This document shows, piece by piece, positions 20,493 to 29,142 of a stretch of 64,000 nucleotides of DNA; within the stretch, counting starts at the first letter, position 1, and each line of letters opens with the position of its first letter. The DNA is taken from the UHGV virus genome UHGV-0098755. One strand, written 5' to 3'. The stretch comes from a virus. The notes under the pieces were generated by a model. That model was not told the origin of the DNA, did not search any database, and saw only the letters and a program-made list of their open reading frames with translations. The translations under genes were made by a program, and so were the position numbers.

Positions 20493-21020
20493 TTATGCGA
20501 GTACCGTCTTTAACCGTTCTTCAAACTTCCGAAGAGTATTTTGGCGTTCAGCTCTTTGCTTTTTGTAAGTTTCAATACGCTCTGAAATGAGAGTGTATCG
20601 TTCATTTACTGATTCTTTCATAAAATCAGGAATTTCACGAGAAGCTTTAATCTCGTCAAATTTATCAATAACAGCTTGCTCTTCAGCAATTAAGTTATCA
20701 TACATCAAAATATCTTTCTTGATGAACTCAATATCTTCTTGAGTTACACGAGATAATTTAGATGCTTTATCCTTTTTGTACTGTTCGTTAGTATCACGAG
20801 ACCAGTGTAATGTACGATTTTTATTCGTATTCTTGTAAATTTCTACAATACCAATCTCATCAATAATAACGATCCAATTCCAGCGGGATTTGTAAATTTG
20901 TCCTCCATCAACAGTGATTTCACCTCCGATTGAGATGTCGTTAAAGAACTTGCTTTGTGCTTCAGATTTAAATTTACCATCGTTGTAATTTACCAAGTTG
21001 AAAATATCTTTAGCGTTCAT
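20493..21020 (-). CDS. hypothetical protein
   Basis: 175 aa ORF with early promoter-like element upstream. Confidence 0.5.
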   Translation of the reverse strand: MNAKDIFNLVNYNDGKFKSEAQSKFFNDISIGGEITVDGGQIYKSRWNWIVIIDEIGIVEIYKNTNKNRTLHWSRDTNEQYKKDKASKLSRVTQEDIEFIKKDILMYDNLIAEEQAVIDKFDEIKASREIPDFMKESVNERYTLISERIETYKKQRAERQNTLRKFEERLKTVLA

Positions 21021-21046
21021 TTTCTGTTCCTCCGTAGTTGATAGTT

Positions 21047-21080
21047 GTATAGTACCACAGAGGAACAGTCTTGTAAACCA
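21047..21080 (-). promoter_or_regulatory. T4 early-type promoter (conserved cassette)
   Basis: GTTTACA ... TGGTACTATACAACTATCAAC. Confidence 0.5.
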
Positions 21081-21395
21081 CTAAAAGAAACTTCTTTCAC
21101 AATTTTTTCCACTGAACCAAGCGCTCACTGCTTTCTTAGTCTCAGGAGCAGTGTTATCCATAAACCATTCAAAGGCAGCCTTTTTATGATTCTGGAGGGC
21201 TTCTCGGGCTTTAATCTGCTCACGGTCTATTAACACTAACATATGAGCCTTTCTTGTCACCATGGGCTTCTTATGATTTTTTGAATACTCCCAGTCATTT
21301 GTCCATCGCATTGTCGTTGCGAATTGAAATACAGCTTCTTTAATCTTAGTTTCGTAAATTTCACGAGCCTTTGAGTATAACATCACTACCTCCAT
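21081..21395 (-). CDS. hypothetical protein
   Basis: 104 aa ORF. Confidence 0.45.
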   Translation of the reverse strand: MEVVMLYSKAREIYETKIKEAVFQFATTMRWTNDWEYSKNHKKPMVTRKAHMLVLIDREQIKAREALQNHKKAAFEWFMDNTAPETKKAVSAWFSGKNCERSFF

Positions 21396-21484
21396 TTACC
21401 AGTTTAATTCTAATCATCTTTTTGATGGCAGTCCATATAATCTATTTCTGAACTGCCTTTTTGTCATAGAAGTCCTCTTATGAA

Positions 21485-22465
21485 TTATTTTAGAAGAGTA
21501 ACCTCAGCAATTTCTTCCCAACCATTTTTGTCGGTCATAATAAAGTCAGCAAGATAAAGAGCAGTACGCAGTGAAACATTGCGTAAACGATTAACATTAA
21601 CTTTCATCCATGATAATGCTTTATAAGTTTCTTCATCAGAAAGACCGCGCTTTTGCATCATGTCAGTTGAAAGAATAACATCTTCAACCCTGACCATAAT
21701 TTCTTCATTAGTGTGAACACCCAAATCTAAATAAACCGAGCGGGACACTAATGCTTGTAAGTGTGGAGCAAGTTTAGTACCACGGTCTAATTCGCGGTCA
21801 ATGTCAACGTTTGTGATAAAAACAATCGTTCCTTTAAATTCAAACTCACGGTCAATGCCTTTTTCTTCTAAGTAAGAAGATGCAGTGCTCCAGCAGACTT
21901 TACGGGTCTCTCCAGTGTCCAGAGCAGCTTTTAGAAGATTAAGAATGTCCATATCAGAGAAAACATCCACATCATCAATCAAAAGGACAGAATTCTCTTC
22001 ACGATTATTCCAAAGCTGTTCATAAAGACCAATACCAGAGATTTTACCATTAATGCTTTTATATTCAATGTATCCATTATCATTTGCTTTATTTAAAGCT
22101 TTATCTAAAGAATACGTTTTACCAATACCTGCTGCGCCAGAGATAATTAATGAACGAATATTTCCATTAATAATACCATTCGTCATCATTCCCATAACAT
22201 TAAATCTTTTATTAATGCGGGTTTTCATATCTTCATACGATTCTTTAACTTCTTCAACTTTTACACCATCATATGAAATATCTGATTTGTAAACCCAAAC
22301 ACCGCGACGTTTACCGTCAATTTCAACAAAAACTTTACCATCTCCTTGTGCATCTACCGGAGCATTATCTGGGAACCATTCGCCTAAGAGCTCAAAAGTT
22401 CCAGAGATTTCTTTACCGAAGTAGATACCCTTATTGATAGTTACAGTTTTCATTTTATTCTCCAA
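21485..22465 (-). CDS. P-loop NTPase (AAA-like) of unknown function
   Basis: 326 aa; Walker A SGAAGIGKT and Walker B VLLIDDVD. Confidence 0.6.
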   Translation of the reverse strand: MENKMKTVTINKGIYFGKEISGTFELLGEWFPDNAPVDAQGDGKVFVEIDGKRRGVWVYKSDISYDGVKVEEVKESYEDMKTRINKRFNVMGMMTNGIINGNIRSLIISGAAGIGKTYSLDKALNKANDNGYIEYKSINGKISGIGLYEQLWNNREENSVLLIDDVDVFSDMDILNLLKAALDTGETRKVCWSTASSYLEEKGIDREFEFKGTIVFITNVDIDRELDRGTKLAPHLQALVSRSVYLDLGVHTNEEIMVRVEDVILSTDMMQKRGLSDEETYKALSWMKVNVNRLRNVSLRTALYLADFIMTDKNGWEEIAEVTLLK

Positions 22466-22488
22466 TTTTACATTTGTTTTGATAGGGT

Positions 22489-22521
22489 AATAGTATCACA
22501 CTACTACCCTGCTGTAAACAA
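22489..22521 (-). promoter_or_regulatory. T4 early-type promoter upstream of the P-loop protein gene
   Basis: TGTTTACA ... TGATACTATTACCCTATCAAAAC. Confidence 0.5.
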
Positions 22522-22522
22522 T

Positions 22523-22786
22523 TTATTTTAATGTTTGCCAAATTTTTACTGCTTCGCGACGAGATACTTCTACGGCGCCAAGTTCTATAGCTTTTTGGCG
22601 TCGCCGAGCGTGTAAGTCATAATGTTTAATGCGTTTATCTTGAAACCAAGAACGTTTCATTCCTATTGCTTCTGCCATTTCGTGAAGCTCTTCAATATCT
22701 CCATCAGTGAACATATGACAATTTTTAGTTGGATGACCGCGAAGTTTCCATCCATGATTCATTAAAACATCTACGTAAACTGTCAT
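22523..22786 (-). CDS. hypothetical protein (nrdC.11 position)
   Basis: 87 aa ORF. Confidence 0.45.
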   Translation of the reverse strand: MTVYVDVLMNHGWKLRGHPTKNCHMFTDGDIEELHEMAEAIGMKRSWFQDKRIKHYDLHARRRQKAIELGAVEVSRREAVKIWQTLK

Positions 22787-22932
22787 TGATTCTTCTCCAA
22801 ATAAGTTTCGATAATTTTCTGGGCGAGATAAACCGCGTTATCTTCAGTTGCGTCTTCTAAGAAACTTTCAAAACACTCTGAAATTTCTTCTGTATCAATC
22901 AACTTTTTTACTTCAATTGGTGTAATTTTCAT
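22784..22932 (-). CDS. hypothetical small protein
   Basis: 49 aa ORF (below track cutoff) read by hand; stop overlaps next gene's ATG. Confidence 0.3.
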
Positions 22933-22965
22933 TTTGTTTTCCGTTTAAGTGTTTGTTTTGATAGT

Positions 22966-23000
22966 TGTATAGTACCATAAAGCTTTATGCTTGTAAACCA
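22966..23000 (-). promoter_or_regulatory. T4 early-type promoter (conserved cassette)
   Basis: GTTTACA ... TGGTACTATACAACTATCAAAAC. Confidence 0.5.
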
Positions 23001-23015
23001 CTTTGTGAAAAATTT

Positions 23016-23048
23016 TTGAAATAAAAAAGGGGACCTCTAGGGCCCCTT
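23016..23048 (-). terminator. intrinsic terminator after the 161 aa gene
   Basis: GC-rich hairpin then U6. Confidence 0.55.
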
Positions 23049-23057
23049 TGTGTTGAT

Positions 23058-23543
23058 TTATTCCATTTCTACTATATGCATGTTCTTTTTGCTATCAAAA
23101 TATATGTTTTTAACTATTAACTCAGAATTAATTGGCAGTAAAAACTCTCTTTCATAATCTACCATACAAAGATTATCATAAAGCTTGTTAAGCTTATCAT
23201 CGTCAGTTTGGCCAGATTCTTCAATTGCGATTAAATTTTCTAAAATGTCAATCATAGCAGTCGAATAGTCGAAAACGTTTGCATTTTTTAACACTACTAA
23301 AACATTAGTCATATAGCGTTCTGCCGCAAACGTTTCAGCTATATGAGACTCACTGCTAAAGGAAGTTATTCTTTTAAATTTGATTCTCCTATTAACTTCA
23401 AACTTATAAGATAGCACTTCCTCTATTGTAAGTCCTCTAAAAAGCACGTCTTTAATCTCAAGTTTGTCTTTAATGTAATCATTAACACGCTTATGATTAA
23501 AATCATTAATTTTGTTGCCAAGGCATTGCATTAAAATATGCAT
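23058..23543 (-). CDS. hypothetical protein with ADP-ribosyltransferase-like R / S-x-S / E-x-E motif spacing
   Basis: 161 aa; FRG (~aa 36), SFSSES (~aa 62), YEREF (~aa 130); own promoter and terminator; motif match by eye only. Confidence 0.35.
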   Translation of the reverse strand: MHILMQCLGNKINDFNHKRVNDYIKDKLEIKDVLFRGLTIEEVLSYKFEVNRRIKFKRITSFSSESHIAETFAAERYMTNVLVVLKNANVFDYSTAMIDILENLIAIEESGQTDDDKLNKLYDNLCMVDYEREFLLPINSELIVKNIYFDSKKNMHIVEME

Positions 23544-23587
23544 TGTATTCTCCTCAATTTTTAAAGAGCAATTAATTAACTACACAT

Positions 23588-23621
23588 ATATTATAATATG
23601 CTTTGCGATAGAAGTAAACAA
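23588..23621 (-). promoter_or_regulatory. T4 early-type promoter for the 161 aa ART-motif gene
   Basis: TGTTTACT ... CATATTATAATAT. Confidence 0.45.
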
Positions 23622-23641
23622 CTTTGTGACGTCATTTTAAA

Positions 23642-23669
23642 CAAAAAAAGGGGAGCCCGAAGGCTCCCT
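23642..23669 (-). terminator. intrinsic terminator after the nucleotidyltransferase-like gene
   Basis: GGGAGCC-TTCG-GGCTCCC hairpin then U7. Confidence 0.6.
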
Positions 23670-23670
23670 A

Positions 23671-24684
23671 TCATTTATAATAACTTCGGTGGTTTTCAAG
23701 ATAAACCCTCTCAAGGAAGTCATCCCAGAAACCCATGTCTACTTTTTGCTGCATACCGTTCTTAGAAGCTTCAATTGATGCTGCTTCTACTTGATCGACC
23801 ACATCTTCCAAAAACTCTTGAACCGTTTTAAATGGATGTTTACCAAGCTTCACGTCGAGAATAAATGGAGCGTCTTGGAGTGGATAGACTAAGTCACCAG
23901 TTTTGTAAATTTCCAATAGTTGGAGTCCACCACGACAAGCATGACTCAGAGCTTTCCAGTCAATACCCTCATTCGCTTCAGCCTTACGAGCGCGTTCACC
24001 ATATTCGGCATCAAGTTTATTCAAAGACTGCTTAAGCTCAATAAGAGAAAGTGTTGTCTGATATTTACGACCCAACACGGTATAAAACGTTTGTGGGCCT
24101 GTTTTCTCATGATTATGGAATACCCATTCGCAGAATTCGTTCTCTGGAAGACGATGCTTAATATCTTCAACTTTAGTGCGACGTTGCTTAATAGAACCAT
24201 CTTCTTGGTAATCAACCCACTGGTCAGGGATTTGATTAACTACTTTCAATACATCACGTAATGCGGCCAAACGAGAACCCTTGACACCGTATTTAGAAGC
24301 TTGCTTGCGAACATATCCTAAATAGGATTTCATGTTAGTCGTATAAAAACGAGAACGATTGTCTTGAATGAACTTCCATACATCAGGCAAATCAGATTTA
24401 ACTACCAGTTCAGGTGGAGTGTGGAGCATATCCAATGCTACAGTTTCACCATCTGCTGCTAATTTAAAGAAATACTTAAGACTGTACAGTTCATGGTCAA
24501 TATCATCTTTAGTGTTTTTAGATGATGTGTTGTTAGTGTTTTTACTCATATGCTCTTTAACATTTCCAATAAGAATATCACGAGCAGGAGGAACAAAGAT
24601 TTCTTTAAAATCTACATCAGATTCTGGAGTAGAAGTTCCATAAAGATGACTACCAAAATAGCTTTTCATTACTGTTTTCATCAT
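23671..24684 (-). CDS. Pol-beta-superfamily nucleotidyltransferase-like protein
   Basis: 337 aa; N-terminal YFGSHLYGTSTPESDVDF matches the GS-x(9-13)-DxD nucleotidyltransferase signature; helical C-terminal half; terminator hairpin after stop. Confidence 0.55.
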   Translation of the reverse strand: MMKTVMKSYFGSHLYGTSTPESDVDFKEIFVPPARDILIGNVKEHMSKNTNNTSSKNTKDDIDHELYSLKYFFKLAADGETVALDMLHTPPELVVKSDLPDVWKFIQDNRSRFYTTNMKSYLGYVRKQASKYGVKGSRLAALRDVLKVVNQIPDQWVDYQEDGSIKQRRTKVEDIKHRLPENEFCEWVFHNHEKTGPQTFYTVLGRKYQTTLSLIELKQSLNKLDAEYGERARKAEANEGIDWKALSHACRGGLQLLEIYKTGDLVYPLQDAPFILDVKLGKHPFKTVQEFLEDVVDQVEAASIEASKNGMQQKVDMGFWDDFLERVYLENHRSYYK

Positions 24685-25142
24685 TCAGCCTTATATTCAA
24701 TAACAGGACATACTTTAGCTTTACGCGCTTTTAAAAATTCGACGATAATAGATTTCTTGGGTTGAATAGGAGGTAAACCTTTATACGCCCTATCAATATT
24801 TTCTACGTGTAAAGCATAGTCCTTTTTCCATTTATAATCTTTATATTTTTCATGCAGTTGTGCAGGAATAACAAATGAACCAATAATAAGTAAAACAAGC
24901 AAAATGGCAAGTATAAATGCTGATGGAATAAGAGTCCATAAACTACCAAAAATAAGCCATTTCTGTATGATTTCTGCGCAGATGATAGTTAGACCTGCGA
25001 GTATAGTACATCCGAAAAAAGAAACGAAAAATGTAGGGATAACAATAGACCAAAAGTATGCGCACAGCGTCTTAGGTCGTTGCCATTCATCGTTAAACAA
25101 TTTGAATAATTTATAGTGCCAAGAGTTTTCATTAATAATCAT
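24681..25142 (-). CDS. membrane protein (about 3 TM helices)
   Basis: 153 aa, three long hydrophobic segments; overlaps the nucleotidyltransferase gene start by 4 nt. Confidence 0.55.
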   Translation of the reverse strand: MIINENSWHYKLFKLFNDEWQRPKTLCAYFWSIVIPTFFVSFFGCTILAGLTIICAEIIQKWLIFGSLWTLIPSAFILAILLVLLIIGSFVIPAQLHEKYKDYKWKKDYALHVENIDRAYKGLPPIQPKKSIIVEFLKARKAKVCPVIEYKAE

Positions 25143-25144
25143 AA

Positions 25145-25666
25145 TTATCCTTTCATTGAAGGTGTAACAGTTGTTAAATATTTAATCATAGCTTCAGCTT
25201 CTGATTTTGATAATGAAATTTCTCCATTGTTTTGACGAATAGAAATAAAATCCGGATGACGGTCACCACCGGCTTTTAAAACACACATATAAGTATCAGA
25301 TTCGTCTTCGATATTTGAAATGATTGAAGCAGTTCCACACGAATGTGGTTTTTGATAAATCAATACAGCTTTTCTTCCACCGTTTGACTGTTCATAAACT
25401 TTTAACACATCAAACAAATCACTTCTTTTATCAATAGCTAAGATGTTATTTTCATCTTCAATGTTAAATCCTTCGGATACTTCATAAAGTGTTACCCATA
25501 AATCACCTATATCGATAGTAGCATTTACTTTTCCATGACTTTCAAGAGCATGACAAATTTTCTTGATTTCGTCATAACTCATTTTAATAATATCATCTCC
25601 TTGAATAAGGAAGATGTCATTTTTAAATTCAACACGAATTAAACCACTTTCACTTGAAATAAACAT
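25145..25666 (-). CDS. hypothetical protein, tandem paralog B
   Basis: 173 aa; shares C-terminal block (...EAEAMIKYLTTVTPSMKG) and internal GFNIE motif with upstream 185 aa ORF. Confidence 0.5.
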   Translation of the reverse strand: MFISSESGLIRVEFKNDIFLIQGDDIIKMSYDEIKKICHALESHGKVNATIDIGDLWVTLYEVSEGFNIEDENNILAIDKRSDLFDVLKVYEQSNGGRKAVLIYQKPHSCGTASIISNIEDESDTYMCVLKAGGDRHPDFISIRQNNGEISLSKSEAEAMIKYLTTVTPSMKG

Positions 25667-25672
25667 ATTTCC

Positions 25673-26230
25673 TCACTTTGAAATCATAGTTGGAATGACA
25701 GAATCAAGATAAGTCTTTAGCGCAATAGCTTCGTCTTTGGTAAATGTGACAATATGTGATCGAAAATCGTCAATTTGGCGAATAGTTAAGACATCTCCTT
25801 CTTCATAACATTTTGATACATTTAAAACAGTTTCATCATTCTGATCACAAGCGTTAGTAATAATAGCATTGCAATTTTTAAACCATTTTAAACTATGTTT
25901 TCTTTCATTAGAATAATAAAAATATTTAATCTTAGTTATAAAATTATCCCAATTATTAATTGATAAGCATATTGACTCGCTTTCAATATTAAATCCTGGG
26001 CATGAAGAATAAAAATGAATTTTATGCTCATCATTAATGCTTACAATTTTATCAGTATAAGGATTTTCAATTTGGGTTAAATGAATGATTTCACTAGGCG
26101 TAAAATACAGCATATCGTCTTCTTGCGTCAAACGATACATATTATTTACTTTTTCTATAGCCAATTCACCAAAAAGTGAACTAACTTCTAGTACTAATCG
26201 TTTCATATTGATTCTCTTCGACTCACTCAC
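25673..26230 (-). CDS. hypothetical protein, tandem paralog A
   Basis: 185 aa; ...DEAIALKTYLDSVIPTMISK C-terminus similar to paralog B. Confidence 0.5.
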   Translation of the reverse strand: MSESKRINMKRLVLEVSSLFGELAIEKVNNMYRLTQEDDMLYFTPSEIIHLTQIENPYTDKIVSINDEHKIHFYSSCPGFNIESESICLSINNWDNFITKIKYFYYSNERKHSLKWFKNCNAIITNACDQNDETVLNVSKCYEEGDVLTIRQIDDFRSHIVTFTKDEAIALKTYLDSVIPTMISK

Positions 26231-26363
26231 AATTACATACTCCTTTGAATAATATCAATAATATTGTTCACTAGATTATAAGTAAACATTGGGTAATTAT
26301 ATTGAATCATCACATACACAACAAACAAAACTTTCATTCTCTTCTCCTTGACAGTTGACAAGA

Positions 26364-26396
26364 TTACTATATCATAACCTTGCCAACTTGTAAACC
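26364..26396 (-). promoter_or_regulatory. T4 early-type promoter for the paralog/TM/nucleotidyltransferase operon
   Basis: GGTTTACA ... TGATATAGTAAT. Confidence 0.45.
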
Positions 26397-26397
26397 A

Positions 26398-26571
26398 TTA
26401 AATGACGTTTTCAATAAAATTCTGAAGCTTTGTGTGCGCATCAACCATAATTTTCATTTCTTCCTTTGCGAAAGCTGTACCTCTTTCCCGAGCAGAATAC
26501 TCATAGTCAGAAACTGCATTAGCATATTCTTCAATTAGCTTCATTAAAAACATCTGCTTTTCAGTTTTCAT
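26398..26571 (-). CDS. hypothetical small protein
   Basis: 57 aa ORF read by hand, GGTGGA upstream of ATG. Confidence 0.25.
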   Translation of the reverse strand: MKTEKQMFLMKLIEEYANAVSDYEYSARERGTAFAKEEMKIMVDAHTKLQNFIENVI

Positions 26572-26755
26572 TATTCCACCTAATCATTTCAAGATATTGA
26601 ACTAACTTAGCTTTGGATTTATCCAAATCCTTTTTAGCTGCTTCTATACCATCGTATGAATATCCTTCACAATGCTCAACTGCTAATTGATATGAATCTA
26701 TTTCAATATCACGTGCTAATTTAATGATTTTTTCAAACTGTTCGCATGTTAGCAT
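26561..26755 (-). CDS. hypothetical small protein
   Basis: 64 aa ORF. Confidence 0.4.
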   Translation of the reverse strand: MLTCEQFEKIIKLARDIEIDSYQLAVEHCEGYSYDGIEAAKKDLDKSKAKLVQYLEMIRWNNEN

Positions 26756-26757
26756 AC

Positions 26758-26940
26758 TTAAACTCTCGTATTGTGATCGATAATTTCATCAAGAAACATA
26801 TCTAAAGCTTCTAAAGCATTATCAACTTTAGCTTCAAGTTCTTCAATACCTGATAAGGCAAAGTTAATGCGTTCCTCATCTGCTTTGCGAATTAAAGCTA
26901 CCAATTCTTTAATTTTATCTGCTTGTTCGATACTAATCAT
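26758..26940 (-). CDS. hypothetical small protein
   Basis: Track ORF trimmed to ATG overlapping upstream stop (TAATGA). Confidence 0.35.
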   Translation of the reverse strand: MISIEQADKIKELVALIRKADEERINFALSGIEELEAKVDNALEALDMFLDEIIDHNTRV

Positions 26941-27128
26941 TATTCCACCACATATGAAAGAGAGAATATTGCACACGCCATGTGAGTTGCAACTTCATCA
27001 CACATATCATAACGTTTCTTAAGAAGTTCTACAAGTTCTTCACTAGTAACTTCATCCATGTCGACGAAAAAATCACCATTAATGATGACGTAGATATTTC
27101 CTTCTTGATTAAGTGCTTCAATTTTCAT
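26940..27128 (-). CDS. hypothetical small acidic protein
   Basis: Track ORF 26940..27173 trimmed to internal ATG (MKIEALNQ) with AGAGGAG; the longer form would run into the promoter. Confidence 0.35.
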   Translation of the reverse strand: MKIEALNQEGNIYVIINGDFFVDMDEVTSEELVELLKKRYDMCDEVATHMACAIFSLSYVVE

Positions 27129-27154
27129 GATGTTCTCCTCTTTATCCGATGGTT

Positions 27155-27188
27155 GTATAGTATCACAGTTCAAATGGAAAGTAAACCA
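27155..27188 (-). promoter_or_regulatory. T4 early-type promoter
   Basis: GTTTACT ... TGATACTATACAACC. Confidence 0.5.
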
Positions 27189-27194
27189 GTAAAA

Positions 27195-27219
27195 TGAAAA
27201 AAGTCTCCCGAAGGAGACT
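27195..27219 (-). terminator. intrinsic terminator after rI.-1
   Basis: GTCTCC-TTCG-GGAGAC hairpin then U6. Confidence 0.55.
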
Positions 27220-27223
27220 AATG

Positions 27224-27610
27224 TTATTCGAGGGAAAGAAGATACTTACTCTGGTAAAACATTCCAGTAATATCATCTATCGTGCTTTGGATGGCTGGAG
27301 GCATTTCTTTATAAATGCTGTTAGATTGGTCTAGTATGCGATCAATCATTTTAATTGTGTCGGTAGGAAGTTTACTGGCATCTGGAATTGAAGGTGTGTA
27401 TTTTCTACCAGAATACCCCAAATATTGCTCACCAAATTTATCAATCAAATCTGGCAACTCGGAGAAAATAAAATCGTATGCTTTGTGTCTAGCATAACTT
27501 TTAGTTTCAAAATGTGCAGAATGAAAATAAGCTTGTGCAGCCATTAATAAACCTAAGTATTCATCTGCCTTTGAAGGTTTTCCACTTTGTGAAAAGTCGC
27601 TGAATTTCAT
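27224..27610 (-). CDS. hypothetical protein (T4 rI.-1 position)
   Basis: 128 aa ORF immediately downstream of rI. Confidence 0.5.
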   Translation of the reverse strand: MKFSDFSQSGKPSKADEYLGLLMAAQAYFHSAHFETKSYARHKAYDFIFSELPDLIDKFGEQYLGYSGRKYTPSIPDASKLPTDTIKMIDRILDQSNSIYKEMPPAIQSTIDDITGMFYQSKYLLSLE

Positions 27611-27900
27611 TCAGTCTCCAATTTAATGTTCATAATTCTAGCGTATGATTGTGCCATCTCCGCGCCTCGTTCTATACATTCAAAATCAGAAGAGCACGGG
27701 TCATTTTTATAGGTCGTTCTCATAAAACTATAGAATTGTTCAGACGATTCTACGCTTTTATTTTCAAAAAGCATATAAACGTGCCTAATACCAGATTCCA
27801 TAAATTTATCAAAATGAGGATCGACATTCGCTTCAATCGATGGGGATAAAACAAATGACAATCCTAGCATGGCAAATAGTGCCGTTGCTTTTAAGGCCAT
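27607..27900 (-). CDS. rI: lysis inhibition regulator RI
   Basis: 97 aa, N-terminal signal-anchor; matches recalled T4 RI. Confidence 0.8.
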   Translation of the reverse strand: MALKATALFAMLGLSFVLSPSIEANVDPHFDKFMESGIRHVYMLFENKSVESSEQFYSFMRTTYKNDPCSSDFECIERGAEMAQSYARIMNIKLETE

Positions 27901-27912
27901 AAAGGCCTCCTA

Positions 27913-28125
27913 TCATTTTTGCCCTGTATTTACTTTATGCCGATGCACGGCCTTAACTTTATCAAGGTATTTTTCAAAATTTCGCAATCTAGTATAGTCT
28001 GCCGGAGATTGGTTGAGTGATACTTCTCGACGCAAAGCTGAAATGATATTTCCAACTTCCCTACGAATTTCATCTAATTGAAGAACAGTAAGATTGCGAA
28101 GTTGCTTTTCAGTTAATTGTAGCAT
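27913..28125 (-). CDS. hypothetical protein (rI.1 position)
   Basis: 70 aa basic ORF. Confidence 0.45.
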
Positions 28126-28167
28126 ATATACCCCTTTAGTTAGATAAACCTATTTATAACTTTTGCA

Positions 28168-28749
28168 CTAACCAAGCTTTTTAGTTAATTCATTCCAATG
28201 TTTTCTACACAAAGAAACATAAATTTCATCACCAATACAGATTTGATTACCTTCTTTAACTGGTGTTCCATCTTCCATTAATCGAGCTGTCATAATCGCT
28301 TTTTTACCGCAATGACAAACTGCCTTTAGTTCAATAAGTTTATCTGCAATCGCCAAAAGTTCTTTAGAACCTTCAAACAATTTTCCAGCGAAATCAGTCC
28401 TTAATCCATAAGCCATAACAGGAACATTATATGTATCAACAATTCGACTCAATTGATGCACTTGTTCAGTTTTTAAAAACTGGGCTTCATCTACAAATAC
28501 GCAATGAATATCTTTTTGTGCTTCAGCCCATTTATAGAACTCGAAAATATCCATATCATCTGTAATAATATTTGCTTCCTGCCTAATTCCAATGCGAGAA
28601 ACGACTTCACAGACAGAATCGCGAGTATCAATAGCAGGCTTAAGAACTAATACACTCATTCCACGTTCTTTATAATTATGTGCAGCAGTCAAAAGAGAAG
28701 CAGATTTTCCAGCATTCATTGCTGCATAAGTAAAAATTAAACTCGCCAT
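28168..28749 (-). CDS. tk: thymidine kinase
   Basis: 193 aa; P-loop AAMNAGKS, Cys zinc motifs; matches recalled T4 Tk. Confidence 0.9.
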   Translation of the reverse strand: MASLIFTYAAMNAGKSASLLTAAHNYKERGMSVLVLKPAIDTRDSVCEVVSRIGIRQEANIITDDMDIFEFYKWAEAQKDIHCVFVDEAQFLKTEQVHQLSRIVDTYNVPVMAYGLRTDFAGKLFEGSKELLAIADKLIELKAVCHCGKKAIMTARLMEDGTPVKEGNQICIGDEIYVSLCRKHWNELTKKLG

Positions 28750-28750
28750 T

Positions 28751-28939
28751 TTAGTCCTTAGTTAAATTTTCTAAATATGTTTCTAAATCATTTTCAGCTT
28801 TATCGATAGATTTTACTAATTCGTAATATGTTTCGGCATCTCCATAATCAGAAGATAATTCAAAAGACAAATCCTTTTCTAAACTAATAATTTCACCAAC
28901 TAAAAATAATATTTCGTTCTTTTGTTCGCGAGTAATCAT
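28751..28939 (-). CDS. hypothetical small acidic protein
   Basis: 62 aa. Confidence 0.4.
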   Translation of the reverse strand: MITREQKNEILFLVGEIISLEKDLSFELSSDYGDAETYYELVKSIDKAENDLETYLENLTKD

Positions 28940-29142
28940 AAGGAATTTATATAATCAATAAGTTCTTGTTCTTTATTATCGAATTCTTTAGAAAGTTCTT
29001 CGTACTCGTTTGCACTAAAAGGACCGCATTCATTACAAACTTTTTCCAATTCACTATTTTTATCCATAACTTCGTGGATAAGAGAAAAGAGTTTGTCTTT
29101 TTGTTCTTTGCTTAAACTCATAACCATGTCACCTTTAAGCAA
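28936..29142 (-). CDS. hypothetical small acidic protein
   Basis: 68 aa. Confidence 0.4.
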   Translation of the reverse strand: MLKGDMVMSLSKEQKDKLFSLIHEVMDKNSELEKVCNECGPFSANEYEELSKEFDNKEQELIDYINSL

